Below, one piece after another: positions 38,592-48,406 of a stretch of 64,000 bases of DNA. The notes under the pieces were generated by a model. That model saw only the letters and a program-made list of their open reading frames with translations, ran no database searches and had not been told where the DNA came from. This DNA is from an uncultured Pseudomonadales bacterium. GTDB lineage: Bacteria > Patescibacteriota > Microgenomatia > UBA1400 > CAYNMC01. The stretch is taken from NCBI GenBank assembly GCA_964414895.1, contig CAYPXO010000003.1, positions 12,284-76,283 of the forward strand, in the 5' to 3' direction. The stretch's first letter is position 1, and the number at the start of each line of letters is the position of its first letter. Position numbers and translations under genes: made by a program.

Positions 38592-40118
38592 ATGGCTTTC
38601 AAGCTCGATGTCAATAAAGACCTTGCTATATTGTCTTTCCAAGGAAAAAAGCTTCTTTCTTTATCTATTTCCAAGAAAGTTCCCGCTGAAGATGTTTCCT
38701 CTTTTGTTTTTAAAAATGGCACTTTCAAAACAACTAGGAGTCACGGCAAAATAATTAAAGCTACCTCTATTAAACAAGGATGGAAAATTTCTTATATAGG
38801 AAGGCCTGGGTGGAGAAATTGGTGGCTTCGTTTTAAGCCCAGCAGTCTTATCTTTCCTACAAGAGAGGGGGAATATATCTCTAATGTCAGAAAATTACTC
38901 CCTTATCAAACTTACAAACTTTCTTATCCGGGAACTGCCTCCAGTAAATGTGTCCTTGTTTTTACCCAACAAGGAGGAGGTTTTCTTATTGGGGCAAAAC
39001 CCTCACTTAATTGGGCAATGTTATCATTGACCAGAATTGAGGAAAAAGACTTCATTCTTAACTTTTTGCAACAAGAGGAAAACATCTACTTATTTCCCTT
39101 TAGTCAGAAATGGGAGACAGCTGTTAGGAAATTTAGAAATTTATTTTTGTCTAGCCAGCCTAAAAAAGCCTTCCATAAGATATTAAACCAGCCGCGGTTT
39201 TTCTTACAGATGGGGGTGAGAGACTTCTTTGGTAAAAGTTATCTTAAAGGATTTTCCGACCTTTTTCCTTTAATTAAGCTCTTTAGAGAGAAGCTTGGAG
39301 AGGGAAACTTTGTCCATCTTTTTGGCACTAATGCGGCTGGTTTCGACCGAATGTTCCCGGATTTTTCTATTGATCCAAAATTGGGAGGAAAAGCTGGTCT
39401 TCGCCGCTTGATAAACAAAGTCCATTCTCTTGGTCTTTATGCCAGCCACCATTTTACTCCTCGAATTGCTGATATTCACTGGATTGATAAACACCCAGAC
39501 TACAAAGAGGCAGTTGTCACTAATTATAAAGGAAATCCCTGGGTGGAGTTTTATAAAAACAATGTTTATTTTGTAATGGATCCCAATCACGAGAAATGGC
39601 AAAATCATTGCCTTAAAGTAATCGAATACCTAAAGAGTATTGGTTTTGATTATGTTCAGCTTGATCAAATTGCCTATCAGCGCAATCTTCCCACCAAAGA
39701 AGGTGGTTTTGGCCCAGGCTATCAGAAATTGATTGACCTAACAGCTAAAAAAGGGATTAAATTCTGGGTAGAAGGAGTTTCTGATATTTATAAACTTCCA
39801 TCTGATTGTTATTTCCAGATTTTGCCAAGAGATCGGATAGAGATGTGGGAAACTGGTGAGAACCGACGCGGTTATCCCTATGGAACACCTTTTACTCTTT
39901 TTTACCGTCAGCTTATGCCGAAAATTCCTGTTTCTTATCAGATAGCAACAGAGAAATATAAAAGCAACATTGTTGGTAAAAGACTAGAAATAGCTAAAAA
40001 AATAAAAGCTAATATTTACGAGCTTGAGCTTGGCTTTGTTGACAAAACCTACAATCTTCGTTTAAAAAAGACTTTAGAAGAAATTAAAAAATTTAGCAAA
40101 AATGCTAGAAAAAAGTAA
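38592..40118 (+). CDS. Hypothetical protein, possibly a TIM-barrel glycoside-hydrolase-like enzyme
   Basis: No strong motif. Central region (FDYVQLDQIA, FWVEG) is compatible with a GH-like barrel. Confidence 0.25.
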   Translation: MAFKLDVNKDLAILSFQGKKLLSLSISKKVPAEDVSSFVFKNGTFKTTRSHGKIIKATSIKQGWKISYIGRPGWRNWWLRFKPSSLIFPTREGEYISNVRKLLPYQTYKLSYPGTASSKCVLVFTQQGGGFLIGAKPSLNWAMLSLTRIEEKDFILNFLQQEENIYLFPFSQKWETAVRKFRNLFLSSQPKKAFHKILNQPRFFLQMGVRDFFGKSYLKGFSDLFPLIKLFREKLGEGNFVHLFGTNAAGFDRMFPDFSIDPKLGGKAGLRRLINKVHSLGLYASHHFTPRIADIHWIDKHPDYKEAVVTNYKGNPWVEFYKNNVYFVMDPNHEKWQNHCLKVIEYLKSIGFDYVQLDQIAYQRNLPTKEGGFGPGYQKLIDLTAKKGIKFWVEGVSDIYKLPSDCYFQILPRDRIEMWETGENRRGYPYGTPFTLFYRQLMPKIPVSYQIATEKYKSNIVGKRLEIAKKIKANIYELELGFVDKTYNLRLKKTLEEIKKFSKNARKK

Positions 40119-41460
40119 CATCGGCATTGTCCATTATCGAATCGGGAAGACTGACGGAGTTTCGCTGGAGATAATGAAGCGGAAAAGGCTACTTAAAGAA
40201 ATGGGTTATGAAGTTAGACTTATTGCCGGACCAAGGCAAATAGGGGCCGATTATGTTATCTGCGAACTTGAATTCGACCTTCCAGAGATTGTCAAGATAA
40301 AAGAGAATGCTTTTTTCCAATTTAAAAATTATGCCTCTGAGAAAAAACTACTTGAGGACATTTACAGAGTTTCTGACATTATCGAAAAAAAATTTTTGCA
40401 AATTCAGCAAAAAGAAAATTTTGATTATCTCTTCCTGCACAACATTTTCAGTCACGGACGGCACATTTCCGCTGCCCGCTCTTTTTATAACATTGCCCAA
40501 GAAACAAATATCAAAATCATTGCCGTCAATCACGATTTTTATTGGGTTGGTTCATACAAAGACCTTTATAAACCGCAAACAAAGCTAGTCAAAAAATATC
40601 TGGCAAAATATGTTCCTCCAGAACTTCCGCAAATAAGACATGTCACCATAAATAGCATCAACAGAAAGGCTCTATTAGAAAGAATTGGCAGAAAATCACT
40701 AATTATTCCTGACACTTTTGACTTTAAACAAAAAAAATGGACAAAAGACAGCTACAACCAAGACTTTTTGAAAAAAATCGGCGTTAAAGAAAATGACCTT
40801 TTTGTTCTACAGGCAACGAGGATTTCTGCCAGAAAAGGAATTGAGCTGGCCATTGACTTTGTCAAACAGCTAGCCAGACAAAAAGAGAAACTCATTGGTA
40901 AAACTCTTTACAATGGTAAAAAAATTAGCAAAGACTCAGAAATTGTTCTGGTTCTTGCTGGTTATACAGAAAAAGACTCCCTAGATTATAAAAGGAAACT
41001 CCAAGAGAAAATTAAAAAAGGAGGAATAAAAACCAAGTTTATTTCTCGTTTGATTGATGCCAGGCGCAGGAAAGAAAATGGCAAGAAAATATATTCCTTG
41101 TGGGATGCTTATGTTTTTGCTGACTTGGTTACTTTCCCGAGCTGGTGGGAAGGCTGGGGCAATCAATTTATTGAGACAATTTTTGCTAAAAAACCAGTTG
41201 TTGTTTTTGAATATCCGGTCTTTAAAGCTGACATTAAGAAAGAAGGCTACAAAGTAATCTCCTTGGGAAACAAATTAGAGAAAAAAGATAAAAAAGGACT
41301 TGTGAAACTAAGCACTAACAAAACCAAAAAAGCAGCCAAGGAAGCAATCTCTCTTTTAATAGACTCTCAAACAAAGAAGCTGCTGCAAAGCAATTTTAAC
41401 ATAGGAAAAATGTATCACTCTGAAGCTACTCTTAAGAAACTACTCCAAGAAATTCTCTAA
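40102..41460 (+). CDS. GT-B fold glycosyltransferase (GT4-like)
   Basis: C-terminal WEGWGNQFIE and PVVVFEYPV acceptor/donor-binding pattern. Overlaps the upstream gene. Confidence 0.5.
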   Translation: MLEKSNIGIVHYRIGKTDGVSLEIMKRKRLLKEMGYEVRLIAGPRQIGADYVICELEFDLPEIVKIKENAFFQFKNYASEKKLLEDIYRVSDIIEKKFLQIQQKENFDYLFLHNIFSHGRHISAARSFYNIAQETNIKIIAVNHDFYWVGSYKDLYKPQTKLVKKYLAKYVPPELPQIRHVTINSINRKALLERIGRKSLIIPDTFDFKQKKWTKDSYNQDFLKKIGVKENDLFVLQATRISARKGIELAIDFVKQLARQKEKLIGKTLYNGKKISKDSEIVLVLAGYTEKDSLDYKRKLQEKIKKGGIKTKFISRLIDARRRKENGKKIYSLWDAYVFADLVTFPSWWEGWGNQFIETIFAKKPVVVFEYPVFKADIKKEGYKVISLGNKLEKKDKKGLVKLSTNKTKKAAKEAISLLIDSQTKKLLQSNFNIGKMYHSEATLKKLLQEIL

Positions 41461-41529
41461 TTTCACTGATTTAGTCTATTAAACTACTTTACCTTTTATT
41501 TCTTTACAAAACAGGCTAAATATGATAAA

Positions 41530-44016
41530 ATGCCACCTATGACTTTCAAGAGAAAAGGAGAAAAGTTGTTAACTCCAAAATTGCCAAAAAACCCAATTTT
41601 TTGGGTTTTCTTTTTAATGGAGCAAATTGGCAGGTTAACTTATAAAGGCTGCTTTCTGGTCTTGAAAACTGCCTTGCTTGCCTTAGATAAAATTACTAAG
41701 TCTGCTTTGAAAGTTTTCTACAAAGCAAGACTTGTTTCTCAAAAGCTCTCACTATTCAGTAATAAACTAGTTCAATCAATTAAATCAGTAAAAGCGGCCG
41801 TAAAATACCGCCTCTGGCTTATTGGTCAAGAAAAGAGAAAAAAAGAGGCCCTCCTGGCTAAAAAAACCAGATTCAAAATCAGCTTACCCAAGCTAAGAAT
41901 TCCTAGAGTTCAAATTCCTAAAATACCAGTTCCTAGAATTGCTTTTCCTAAAGTACCGGCAATTGCTTTTTCTTGTCTTGCTTTTTTACTTTTGACTTTT
42001 TATTTTTTAATCTTAAAAGACTTGCCCAGCCCCAACCGTTTAACTACCAAGGAGCAGGTTGTCTCTACTAAAATTTACGATAGAAGTGGCCAGCTGCTTT
42101 ATACCCTCTATAACGGTAATCAAAACAGAACACTTATCAGCCTTAATGGTGTGCCTGAATATTTAAAAGAGGCTACCATTGCTATTGAAGACAAGGATTT
42201 TTATTATCACCAAGGATTTTCTATTAGAGGAATTATCCGGGCAATTCAAAGAAATGTTTTTAAACATTCTATTGAAGGGGGCTCTACAATCACTCAACAG
42301 TTGGTTAAGAATGCCCTGCTTTCTCCGGAAAAAACTCTTATTAGGAAAGTAAAGGAGTTTGTTTTGGCTTTGGAGGTGGAGCTACTTTTTACTAAGGATG
42401 AGATCTTGCAAATGTATTTTAATGAAATTCCCTACGGAGGAACTGCTTATGGAGCTGAGGCGGCTGCCAAAACTTATTTTGGCAAATCAGCTAAAGATTT
42501 AACATTAGCTGAGGCTGCTCTTTTAGCAGGATTGCCGGCTGCTCCTACTCGCTTTTCTCCTTTTGGGGCTAACCCCCAGCTGGCTTTTGAACGCCAGGAG
42601 CAGGTTTTGCAAAGAATGATTGAGGAAAAGTACATAACTGAAGAAGAAAGAGAGCAGGCTTTGAAACAAAAGATCGTTTTTGCTCCCCAAAGGACAGATA
42701 TTAAGGCTCCTCACTTTGTTATGTATGTTAAAGACTTGTTGGTTAAAAAATATGGACAGAGAATTGTTGAGGAAGGGGGGTTGGAGGTAATTACTTCTTT
42801 GGACTTAGAAACTCAGAAAATGGCAGAAGAGATGGTAAAACAAGAAGTTGGAAAACTGGAAAAACTACATGTTACTAATGGGGCGGCTCTAGTTACCGAT
42901 CCTGAAACAGGAGAAATTTTAGCAATGGTTGGCTCTAAAGATTATTTTGATGCCGTAAATGACGGTAACGTTAATGTTACAACCCGTCTGCGCCAGCCAG
43001 GATCAACAATAAAAGTCGTTAATTATACTGTTGCTTTACAAAATGGTTATACTGCCGCCAGTATTATTTCCGATACACCGGTTGCCTATCAAATAAGTGG
43101 CAGTCCGATCTATGCACCGGTTAATTATGACAATCGTTTTCATGGAAATGTCACTCTGCGTACCGCTCTTGCTTGTTCTTATAATGTGCCGGCTGTTAAA
43201 GTTTTGGCTAGCTATGGAATAGGAAAAATGGTTCAAATGGGACAGGATATGGGTATTACGACTTGGGAAGATTCCAGCCGTTTTGGTTTATCTCTGACTT
43301 TAGGAGGAGGAGAGGTAAAAATGACCGATTTGGCAGTTGTTTATGGGACGCTAGCGAATATGGGTAAAAAAGTAGAGCTTCAGTCAATTTTAAAAGTAGT
43401 TGATTACAAAGGGAAAGTTCTAGAAAACTATTACTCTTTTGATGAAGACCCCAAGAACGGCGTGCAAGCAAAAGAAGAACAGACAGGGAAGCAGGTTATT
43501 TCTCCTGAGATAGCTTATGTTCTTTCTGATGTTCTTTCTGATAATAAGGCACGGACACCGGCCTTTGGTCCGAGATCTGATTTAGTGATTCCCAACAACC
43601 AAGTAGCTGTTAAAACAGGAACAACCAATGATAAAAGAGATAACTGGACTATTGGTTATACTTCCGATTATCTGGTCGCTGTTTGGGTAGGAAATAACGA
43701 TAATAGTCCAATGAGTGCTGTTGCTTCCGGAGTAACTGGCGCTTCGCCTATTTGGAATAACATTATGAAAAACCTTCTTGCTGACAAACTTTCTCACCAG
43801 TTTAGCAAGCCTCAGGAACTTAAGGCAGTTGAAGTTTGTTCTTTAAACGGTCTGCTTCCTTGTGAAGGGTGTCCGACAAAAGTGGAATATTTCATTCCCG
43901 GAACAGAGCCGAAAGTTCACTGTGTGATGAAGAAGGAAAAAGAGGAGGAAGAGAAGAAAGAAGAAGATAAAAAAAAGGATAAACTTTTGGAAGGGATTTC
44001 TACAGGTGAAGAATGA
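41530..44016 (+). CDS. Class A penicillin-binding protein paralog, with an extended N-terminus and a Lys/Glu-rich C-terminal tail
   Basis: EDKDFYYHQGF, GGSTITQQL, SxxK (GSTIKV), KTGT. Confidence 0.85.
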   Translation: MPPMTFKRKGEKLLTPKLPKNPIFWVFFLMEQIGRLTYKGCFLVLKTALLALDKITKSALKVFYKARLVSQKLSLFSNKLVQSIKSVKAAVKYRLWLIGQEKRKKEALLAKKTRFKISLPKLRIPRVQIPKIPVPRIAFPKVPAIAFSCLAFLLLTFYFLILKDLPSPNRLTTKEQVVSTKIYDRSGQLLYTLYNGNQNRTLISLNGVPEYLKEATIAIEDKDFYYHQGFSIRGIIRAIQRNVFKHSIEGGSTITQQLVKNALLSPEKTLIRKVKEFVLALEVELLFTKDEILQMYFNEIPYGGTAYGAEAAAKTYFGKSAKDLTLAEAALLAGLPAAPTRFSPFGANPQLAFERQEQVLQRMIEEKYITEEEREQALKQKIVFAPQRTDIKAPHFVMYVKDLLVKKYGQRIVEEGGLEVITSLDLETQKMAEEMVKQEVGKLEKLHVTNGAALVTDPETGEILAMVGSKDYFDAVNDGNVNVTTRLRQPGSTIKVVNYTVALQNGYTAASIISDTPVAYQISGSPIYAPVNYDNRFHGNVTLRTALACSYNVPAVKVLASYGIGKMVQMGQDMGITTWEDSSRFGLSLTLGGGEVKMTDLAVVYGTLANMGKKVELQSILKVVDYKGKVLENYYSFDEDPKNGVQAKEEQTGKQVISPEIAYVLSDVLSDNKARTPAFGPRSDLVIPNNQVAVKTGTTNDKRDNWTIGYTSDYLVAVWVGNNDNSPMSAVASGVTGASPIWNNIMKNLLADKLSHQFSKPQELKAVEVCSLNGLLPCEGCPTKVEYFIPGTEPKVHCVMKKEKEEEEKKEEDKKKDKLLEGISTGEE

Positions 44017-44051
44017 TCTTATCTTCAGTGTTTTCAGGAAATTCAAATTTC

Positions 44052-45041
44052 TCAGTGTTGCTCAAACTCCCAAACCAATTTGGCAATCTTGGGGATAACC
44101 TCTAAGGCTTCATTTTCCGCCGCTTCTCGGGAGAGAATACATAAAACAAAAGGATGTTTTCCAAAGATAATACCGCAATCATTATAAATCCGCTCTCCTG
44201 AGCCGATTTTGTGGGCTATTTTTATATTCTCAGGAATGCCGGCAGGGATCCGGTCTTCAAAATCAGTTTCTGTTAAGTTAGAAAAAAATGCTTTTTTATA
44301 TTTTTCTGTTTTTAAAATTTTATCTTTGTAGGTCATTACAAAAAGACTTCCTGCCTCTTTTGGAGTTGTTTTGTTTTCTTCAATGGAAGTTTTTTTTAAG
44401 CCTAGATCCTTGATAAACCTTTTCAGGTTGCTAAAACCTAAAATTTTCCCTAAAACATGAGCAGCAGTATTGTCACTTTTCTTGCCGGAAAGCTCTAAAA
44501 GCTCTTTGTAGGTATAAACTTTACCCGGTTCCTCATATTGCATAATACCTGTCCCATAGTTTTGGATATCTTCTTTTTTTAACTCATATTTATCTGATAA
44601 GGAAAAGCTGTCTTTTTCTAACTCTTTATAAAAGGAAAGCATTATAGGCACTTTATTTACAGAAGCGGCGGTAGAGACTTTTCTCTCATTTAGCCCATAT
44701 TCTTTGTTTGATGTTAAAGAGTAAACATAGATTCCGTATTCTCCTTTAAGGTTTTTTAGCCAATCGCTAATTTTTCCTATTAACTCCTTTTCTGTTTGCG
44801 GATTGTCATTTTTTTCTTGAGCTTTAAAATTGGGAATCAAAGGGGAAACGATTTCAAAAGTTGCCGGCTTGAGAAAAGTTTCCAAGTTTTGACCTAATTT
44901 ATCTTTGAACCAAAAAAAAGCGATCGCTAGGATTGTTAATAAGAAAATTAAAGAAACCAGTTTTCTTTGAGAAGAAGGTTTTTTAAATTTTGATGGAGGA
45001 TCTGAAGACTGAGAAAAAAAATCCCGGTTTAGTTTTCTCAT
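44052..45041 (-). CDS. Class A beta-lactamase-fold serine hydrolase / LMW PBP-like protein
   Basis: SVNK (SxxK) and KIGSG (KTG-like) motifs. N-terminal TM anchor. Confidence 0.5.
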   Translation of the reverse strand: MRKLNRDFFSQSSDPPSKFKKPSSQRKLVSLIFLLTILAIAFFWFKDKLGQNLETFLKPATFEIVSPLIPNFKAQEKNDNPQTEKELIGKISDWLKNLKGEYGIYVYSLTSNKEYGLNERKVSTAASVNKVPIMLSFYKELEKDSFSLSDKYELKKEDIQNYGTGIMQYEEPGKVYTYKELLELSGKKSDNTAAHVLGKILGFSNLKRFIKDLGLKKTSIEENKTTPKEAGSLFVMTYKDKILKTEKYKKAFFSNLTETDFEDRIPAGIPENIKIAHKIGSGERIYNDCGIIFGKHPFVLCILSREAAENEALEVIPKIAKLVWEFEQH

Positions 45042-46057
45042 CCCTTTTTTATTTTTTCCCCAATTAATAGAATTTCTTCAACCAACCTGCAAGCATAACC
45101 CCATTCGTTATCATACCAAGCAACAACCTTTACTAAATTTTTATTCAGAACGGAAGTTAGAGACAGGTCAACAATTGCGGAAAAACTGCTTCCTTTAATA
45201 TCACTGGAGACTAGCGGTTTGTGAGTGACTCCCAAAATTCCTTTTAGATTTTCCGAAGCCGCTTTCTTAAAAACCAGATTAACTTTTTCTTTGCTGGTTC
45301 CCTTTCTGGTATCAAAAACAAAGTCGGTTAAGGAGCCAAGAGCTACCGGCACGCGGATAGCAATACCATCAAACTTTCCCTTTAACGGAGGATAAACCTT
45401 GGCTGTTGCTTTGGCCGCACCAGTAGTAGTGGGAACGATATTTGCCGCTGCCGCTCGGGCGCGGCGCAGATCCTTATGTGATCCGTCAAGCAGTTGTTGA
45501 TCAGAAGTGTAAGCATGGATTGTTGTCAAGAAAGCTTTTTTTATTCCAAAGGCTTCATCCATCACTTTTGCTATTGGGGCAACGCAGTTGGTAGTGCAAG
45601 AAGCACAAGAAATAATTGGTTGACTGTCAATTTGTTTTTCATTAACTCCAATGATAAACATGGGAATATTGCCCTCCTTGGGTGGAGCAGAAAGGAGGAC
45701 TTTTTTAACTGTTTCTCGCAAGTGGAGTTTAACCTCTTTTTCTTTACGAAAGACACCGGTTGACTCTATTACTATTTCTGTTTGATAAGTTCCCCAGGGG
45801 ATTTTGCCCGGATCTCTTTCTCCTAAAATAGGGATTTTTAGGCCGTCAACTACAATTTTATTTCCTTCTGTTTTTACTTTGCCAGAGTATTTGCCATAGC
45901 TGCTGTCATAGGTGAAGAGGTGGCCCCATCCGCTAGCGTCCATCCGACCAGAAGTATTAATAGCTACCGGTAGAATCTTTTCTTTATATTTTTGCAGGAT
46001 GACTCTTAGAGCCAACCGACCAATCCGTCCAAAACCATTGATACCGACTCTAACCAT
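45038..46057 (-). CDS. gap: Glyceraldehyde-3-phosphate dehydrogenase
   Basis: GINGFGRIGR NAD-binding motif and active-site SCASCTTNC. Confidence 0.9.
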   Translation of the reverse strand: MVRVGINGFGRIGRLALRVILQKYKEKILPVAINTSGRMDASGWGHLFTYDSSYGKYSGKVKTEGNKIVVDGLKIPILGERDPGKIPWGTYQTEIVIESTGVFRKEKEVKLHLRETVKKVLLSAPPKEGNIPMFIIGVNEKQIDSQPIISCASCTTNCVAPIAKVMDEAFGIKKAFLTTIHAYTSDQQLLDGSHKDLRRARAAAANIVPTTTGAAKATAKVYPPLKGKFDGIAIRVPVALGSLTDFVFDTRKGTSKEKVNLVFKKAASENLKGILGVTHKPLVSSDIKGSSFSAIVDLSLTSVLNKNLVKVVAWYDNEWGYACRLVEEILLIGEKIKKG

Positions 46058-46059
46058 TT

Positions 46060-46190
46060 TGGTTACGTTAATCGGTCAAGGTGACGAAGCCCGTATCGTT
46101 TAGCGTCAGTGGGTTAGGCGAGGAATCAAATAACCAACCGCTAAAACGTCACCGAAACGAGCAGCGTAACCGTTACCGTTAAACGTTCTA
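46060..46190. promoter_or_regulatory. Conserved leader element (repeat family 2), copy upstream of gap
   Basis: See 34235-34375. The reverse complement aligns with the tkt leader copy. Confidence 0.5.
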
Positions 46191-46191
46191 C

Positions 46192-46638
46192 CTATAATTT
46201 CCCTTCAAATTTTTTTATTTTTTCCAATCTCCTTTTATGTCTTTCTTTATTGCTAAATTTTGTTTGTAGGAATCTCCTGATTATCTCTTTCATTTGCCCA
46301 AAAGAAGTAAAATCAGCTGCTAAGACCAAGATGTTAGCATTATTGTGCTCTCTTGCTTTTTTGGCTTGCAGTTTATTTAAACAAAGAGCCGCTTTTGCCC
46401 CTTTCACTTTATTGGCGGCAATAGTCATTCCAATGCCGCTGCGGCAAATTAAAACTCCTTTATTTTTTGGATCCAAAGAGACTTTTTTCGCCAGAGCAAA
46501 AGCATAATCCGGATAGTCATCACGACTATCAAATTTTTTTGGTCCTAAGTCAGCAATTTTAAAACTCTCATTTTCCAGAAATTGGATAATTTTCTTTTTA
46601 AGGGTAAAGCCAGCATGATCAGTAGCAATAAAGATCAC
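46192..46638 (-). CDS. rpiB: Ribose-5-phosphate isomerase B
   Basis: IATDHAGF and GVLICRSGIGMTIAANK. Confidence 0.85.
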   Translation of the reverse strand: MIFIATDHAGFTLKKKIIQFLENESFKIADLGPKKFDSRDDYPDYAFALAKKVSLDPKNKGVLICRSGIGMTIAANKVKGAKAALCLNKLQAKKAREHNNANILVLAADFTSFGQMKEIIRRFLQTKFSNKERHKRRLEKIKKFEGKL

Positions 46639-47258
46639 TTTTTTTTCTTCTCTCCTTTTTTAAGACTCGATTCATAAAAATCAATGTGGCCTAATCTTTT
46701 AGCAAAATTCTCCTCAAAATCTTCGATTATTTTTAAAACCTGTTTGGGATTATTGGCAATTTTTAAAATTTTTTCCTCCTCGCCTCTCATAAACATATTT
46801 TTCTTTACGCAAGCGACTATTTCTTTCCAAAAGTCCCCATAGAGGATAAAAGGTTTGTGGTGTCCAAAATAAAGCCTTGCTAAACACCAAGCAGTGGCAA
46901 ATTCGGACAAAGTCCCGGTACCGCCTTTAAAGATTATATAGACATCACCGTGCTCTAGCAGTTTAAACATCCTTTCAATATAATTACCGGTTTTTATTTC
47001 TTCTGTAGTTATATTGGCAAGATAGCGGCCTTCAAAGCCGGGCGCATCTTTAGGGTAGAAAGTAACTGCCAAAGTTTCTCCACCGCCGGCAGTTGCTCCT
47101 TTGGTAGAAGCATCCATTACTCCGGGCCCACCGCCATTAACAATGACGAAACCTTTTTTGCCCAAAAGCTTGGCTACCTTAAAGGCTTCTTTGTAGAGTT
47201 TTCCTTTTTCTTTAGCCTCGGAATAGCCAAAAAAAGCGATATGTTTAATTAAGCGCAT
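46635..47258 (-). CDS. LOG-family (TIGR00730) Rossmann-fold nucleotide-binding protein
   Basis: GGGPGVM and TLSEF...FGHHKPFILY motifs. Start trimmed to MRLIKH because the longer ORF runs into the tRNA-Arg gene. Confidence 0.7.
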   Translation of the reverse strand: MRLIKHIAFFGYSEAKEKGKLYKEAFKVAKLLGKKGFVIVNGGGPGVMDASTKGATAGGGETLAVTFYPKDAPGFEGRYLANITTEEIKTGNYIERMFKLLEHGDVYIIFKGGTGTLSEFATAWCLARLYFGHHKPFILYGDFWKEIVACVKKNMFMRGEEEKILKIANNPKQVLKIIEDFEENFAKRLGHIDFYESSLKKGEKKKK

Positions 47259-47395
47259 TAAGGAAAATTTAACACTTAATAGGAAAAAAAGCAATCGGGG
47301 GTGTGGCCATCCAGATTCCCCGCACAACTCCTGCCTGAAAAAGGGCTTACAGCCTCTACTTTCAGGCGCGTCGTATGCGGGGCAGGTGAACCTCT

Positions 47396-47467
47396 GTGCT
47401 CTCGGCCAGAATCGAACTGACATCGCCCCGTCCGGAGCGGGGTACTCTATCCATTAAGCTACGAGAG
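47396..47467 (-). tRNA. tRNA-Arg (CCG)
   Basis: Reverse-complement cloverleaf. Anticodon stem CCCCG/CGGGG, loop CTCCGGA. Confidence 0.65.
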
Positions 47468-47491
47468 CAAGGCAGTAATTTATGTAAAGTT

Positions 47492-47573
47492 GCGGAGGGT
47501 AGAGGACTCGAACCTCTAAGGACTTGCGCCCGCCGATTTTCGAAACCGGTGCATTGCCATTCTGCCAACCCTC
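47492..47573 (-). tRNA. tRNA-Ser (CGA), long variable arm
   Basis: Acceptor GGAGGGT/ACCCTCC. Anticodon stem CCGGT/ATCGG, loop TTCGAAA. Resembles E. coli tRNA-Ser(CGA). Confidence 0.65.
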
Positions 47574-47720
47574 CAGAAGAAAATTCCAAATAATAAATCC
47601 TAAATTCCAAACAAATCCAAATATCTAAATTCAAAATTCAAAACGTTTCGGTCATTTGGACATTTGAATTTTAGTATTATTTCGAATTTCGATATTCGAA
47701 TTTCGGATTTTATCCTCTTG

Positions 47721-47793
47721 TGCGCCCAGGAGGAATTGAACCTCCAGTCTTTGGGTCCGCAACCCAATGTTTTATCCGTTAAACTATGAGCGC
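47721..47793 (-). tRNA. tRNA-Arg with GCG anticodon (tentative)
   Basis: Acceptor GCGCTCA/TGGGCGC. Anticodon stem TTGGG/CCCAA, loop TTGCGGA. Confidence 0.5.
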
Positions 47794-47826
47794 TTATAGT
47801 GTGAATTTTACCATAAAAAGGGAAAA

Positions 47827-48369
47827 TTATTCTGATTCCAGGGGAACTTTTTTTTGAAGCCAAGCACTGGCTTTGTCAATAATAGTTTTTTCCGGTTTCT
47901 CGAAAACCAAGTATTTCTCTAAAGCATTTTTAATATCTTTCTTTTTTTGGCTGCCTAACAAGAGCATTAAACGTCTAGGAAAAGCTAAGCCGGTTTCTAT
48001 ATTTAAAATTTTATTTCCCCATTTTTCGGTAAACCAGAACCGGCCCAGGCCATTCCAGTCATAACGCTTGCCGCCGGTAAAAACCCCCCTGGTAGTGATT
48101 TTGTGTTCTTCTTCCTGAGGAGGAACACTGGCCAAAACATAAGAAACAAAACCGAGGGAAATAATCACTCCAATAAGAAGCCATTCTTTTAGAAAAAGTA
48201 AGATAACAATCAATAAAAAAGCAATTGCTCCAATAGTAGTATAATATTCCCTGTTTCTTTTTTTGAAAGCTCGGGCCGGCGCTTTCCAAACAAGCAAATC
48301 ACGCAAAGGTTCTTTGAAGACTGTTACTGGCTGGGGAGATTGATTTTCGGTTTTTTTTACTGTCGGCAT
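47827..48369 (-). CDS. Hypothetical membrane protein
   Basis: Two TM helices. No homology recognised. Confidence 0.3.
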   Translation of the reverse strand: MPTVKKTENQSPQPVTVFKEPLRDLLVWKAPARAFKKRNREYYTTIGAIAFLLIVILLFLKEWLLIGVIISLGFVSYVLASVPPQEEEHKITTRGVFTGGKRYDWNGLGRFWFTEKWGNKILNIETGLAFPRRLMLLLGSQKKKDIKNALEKYLVFEKPEKTIIDKASAWLQKKVPLESE

Positions 48370-48406
48370 AAGTCTTATTTTTTATCCAAATCCATTTTAC
48401 CAGGAA

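Noticed and set aside
46635-47423. Longer 262-aa form of the LOG-family ORF
   Set aside because: The N-terminal extension overlaps the tRNA-Arg(CCG) gene and is Cys/Arg-rich nonsense. An internal Met (MRLIKH) gives a typical-length LOG protein.
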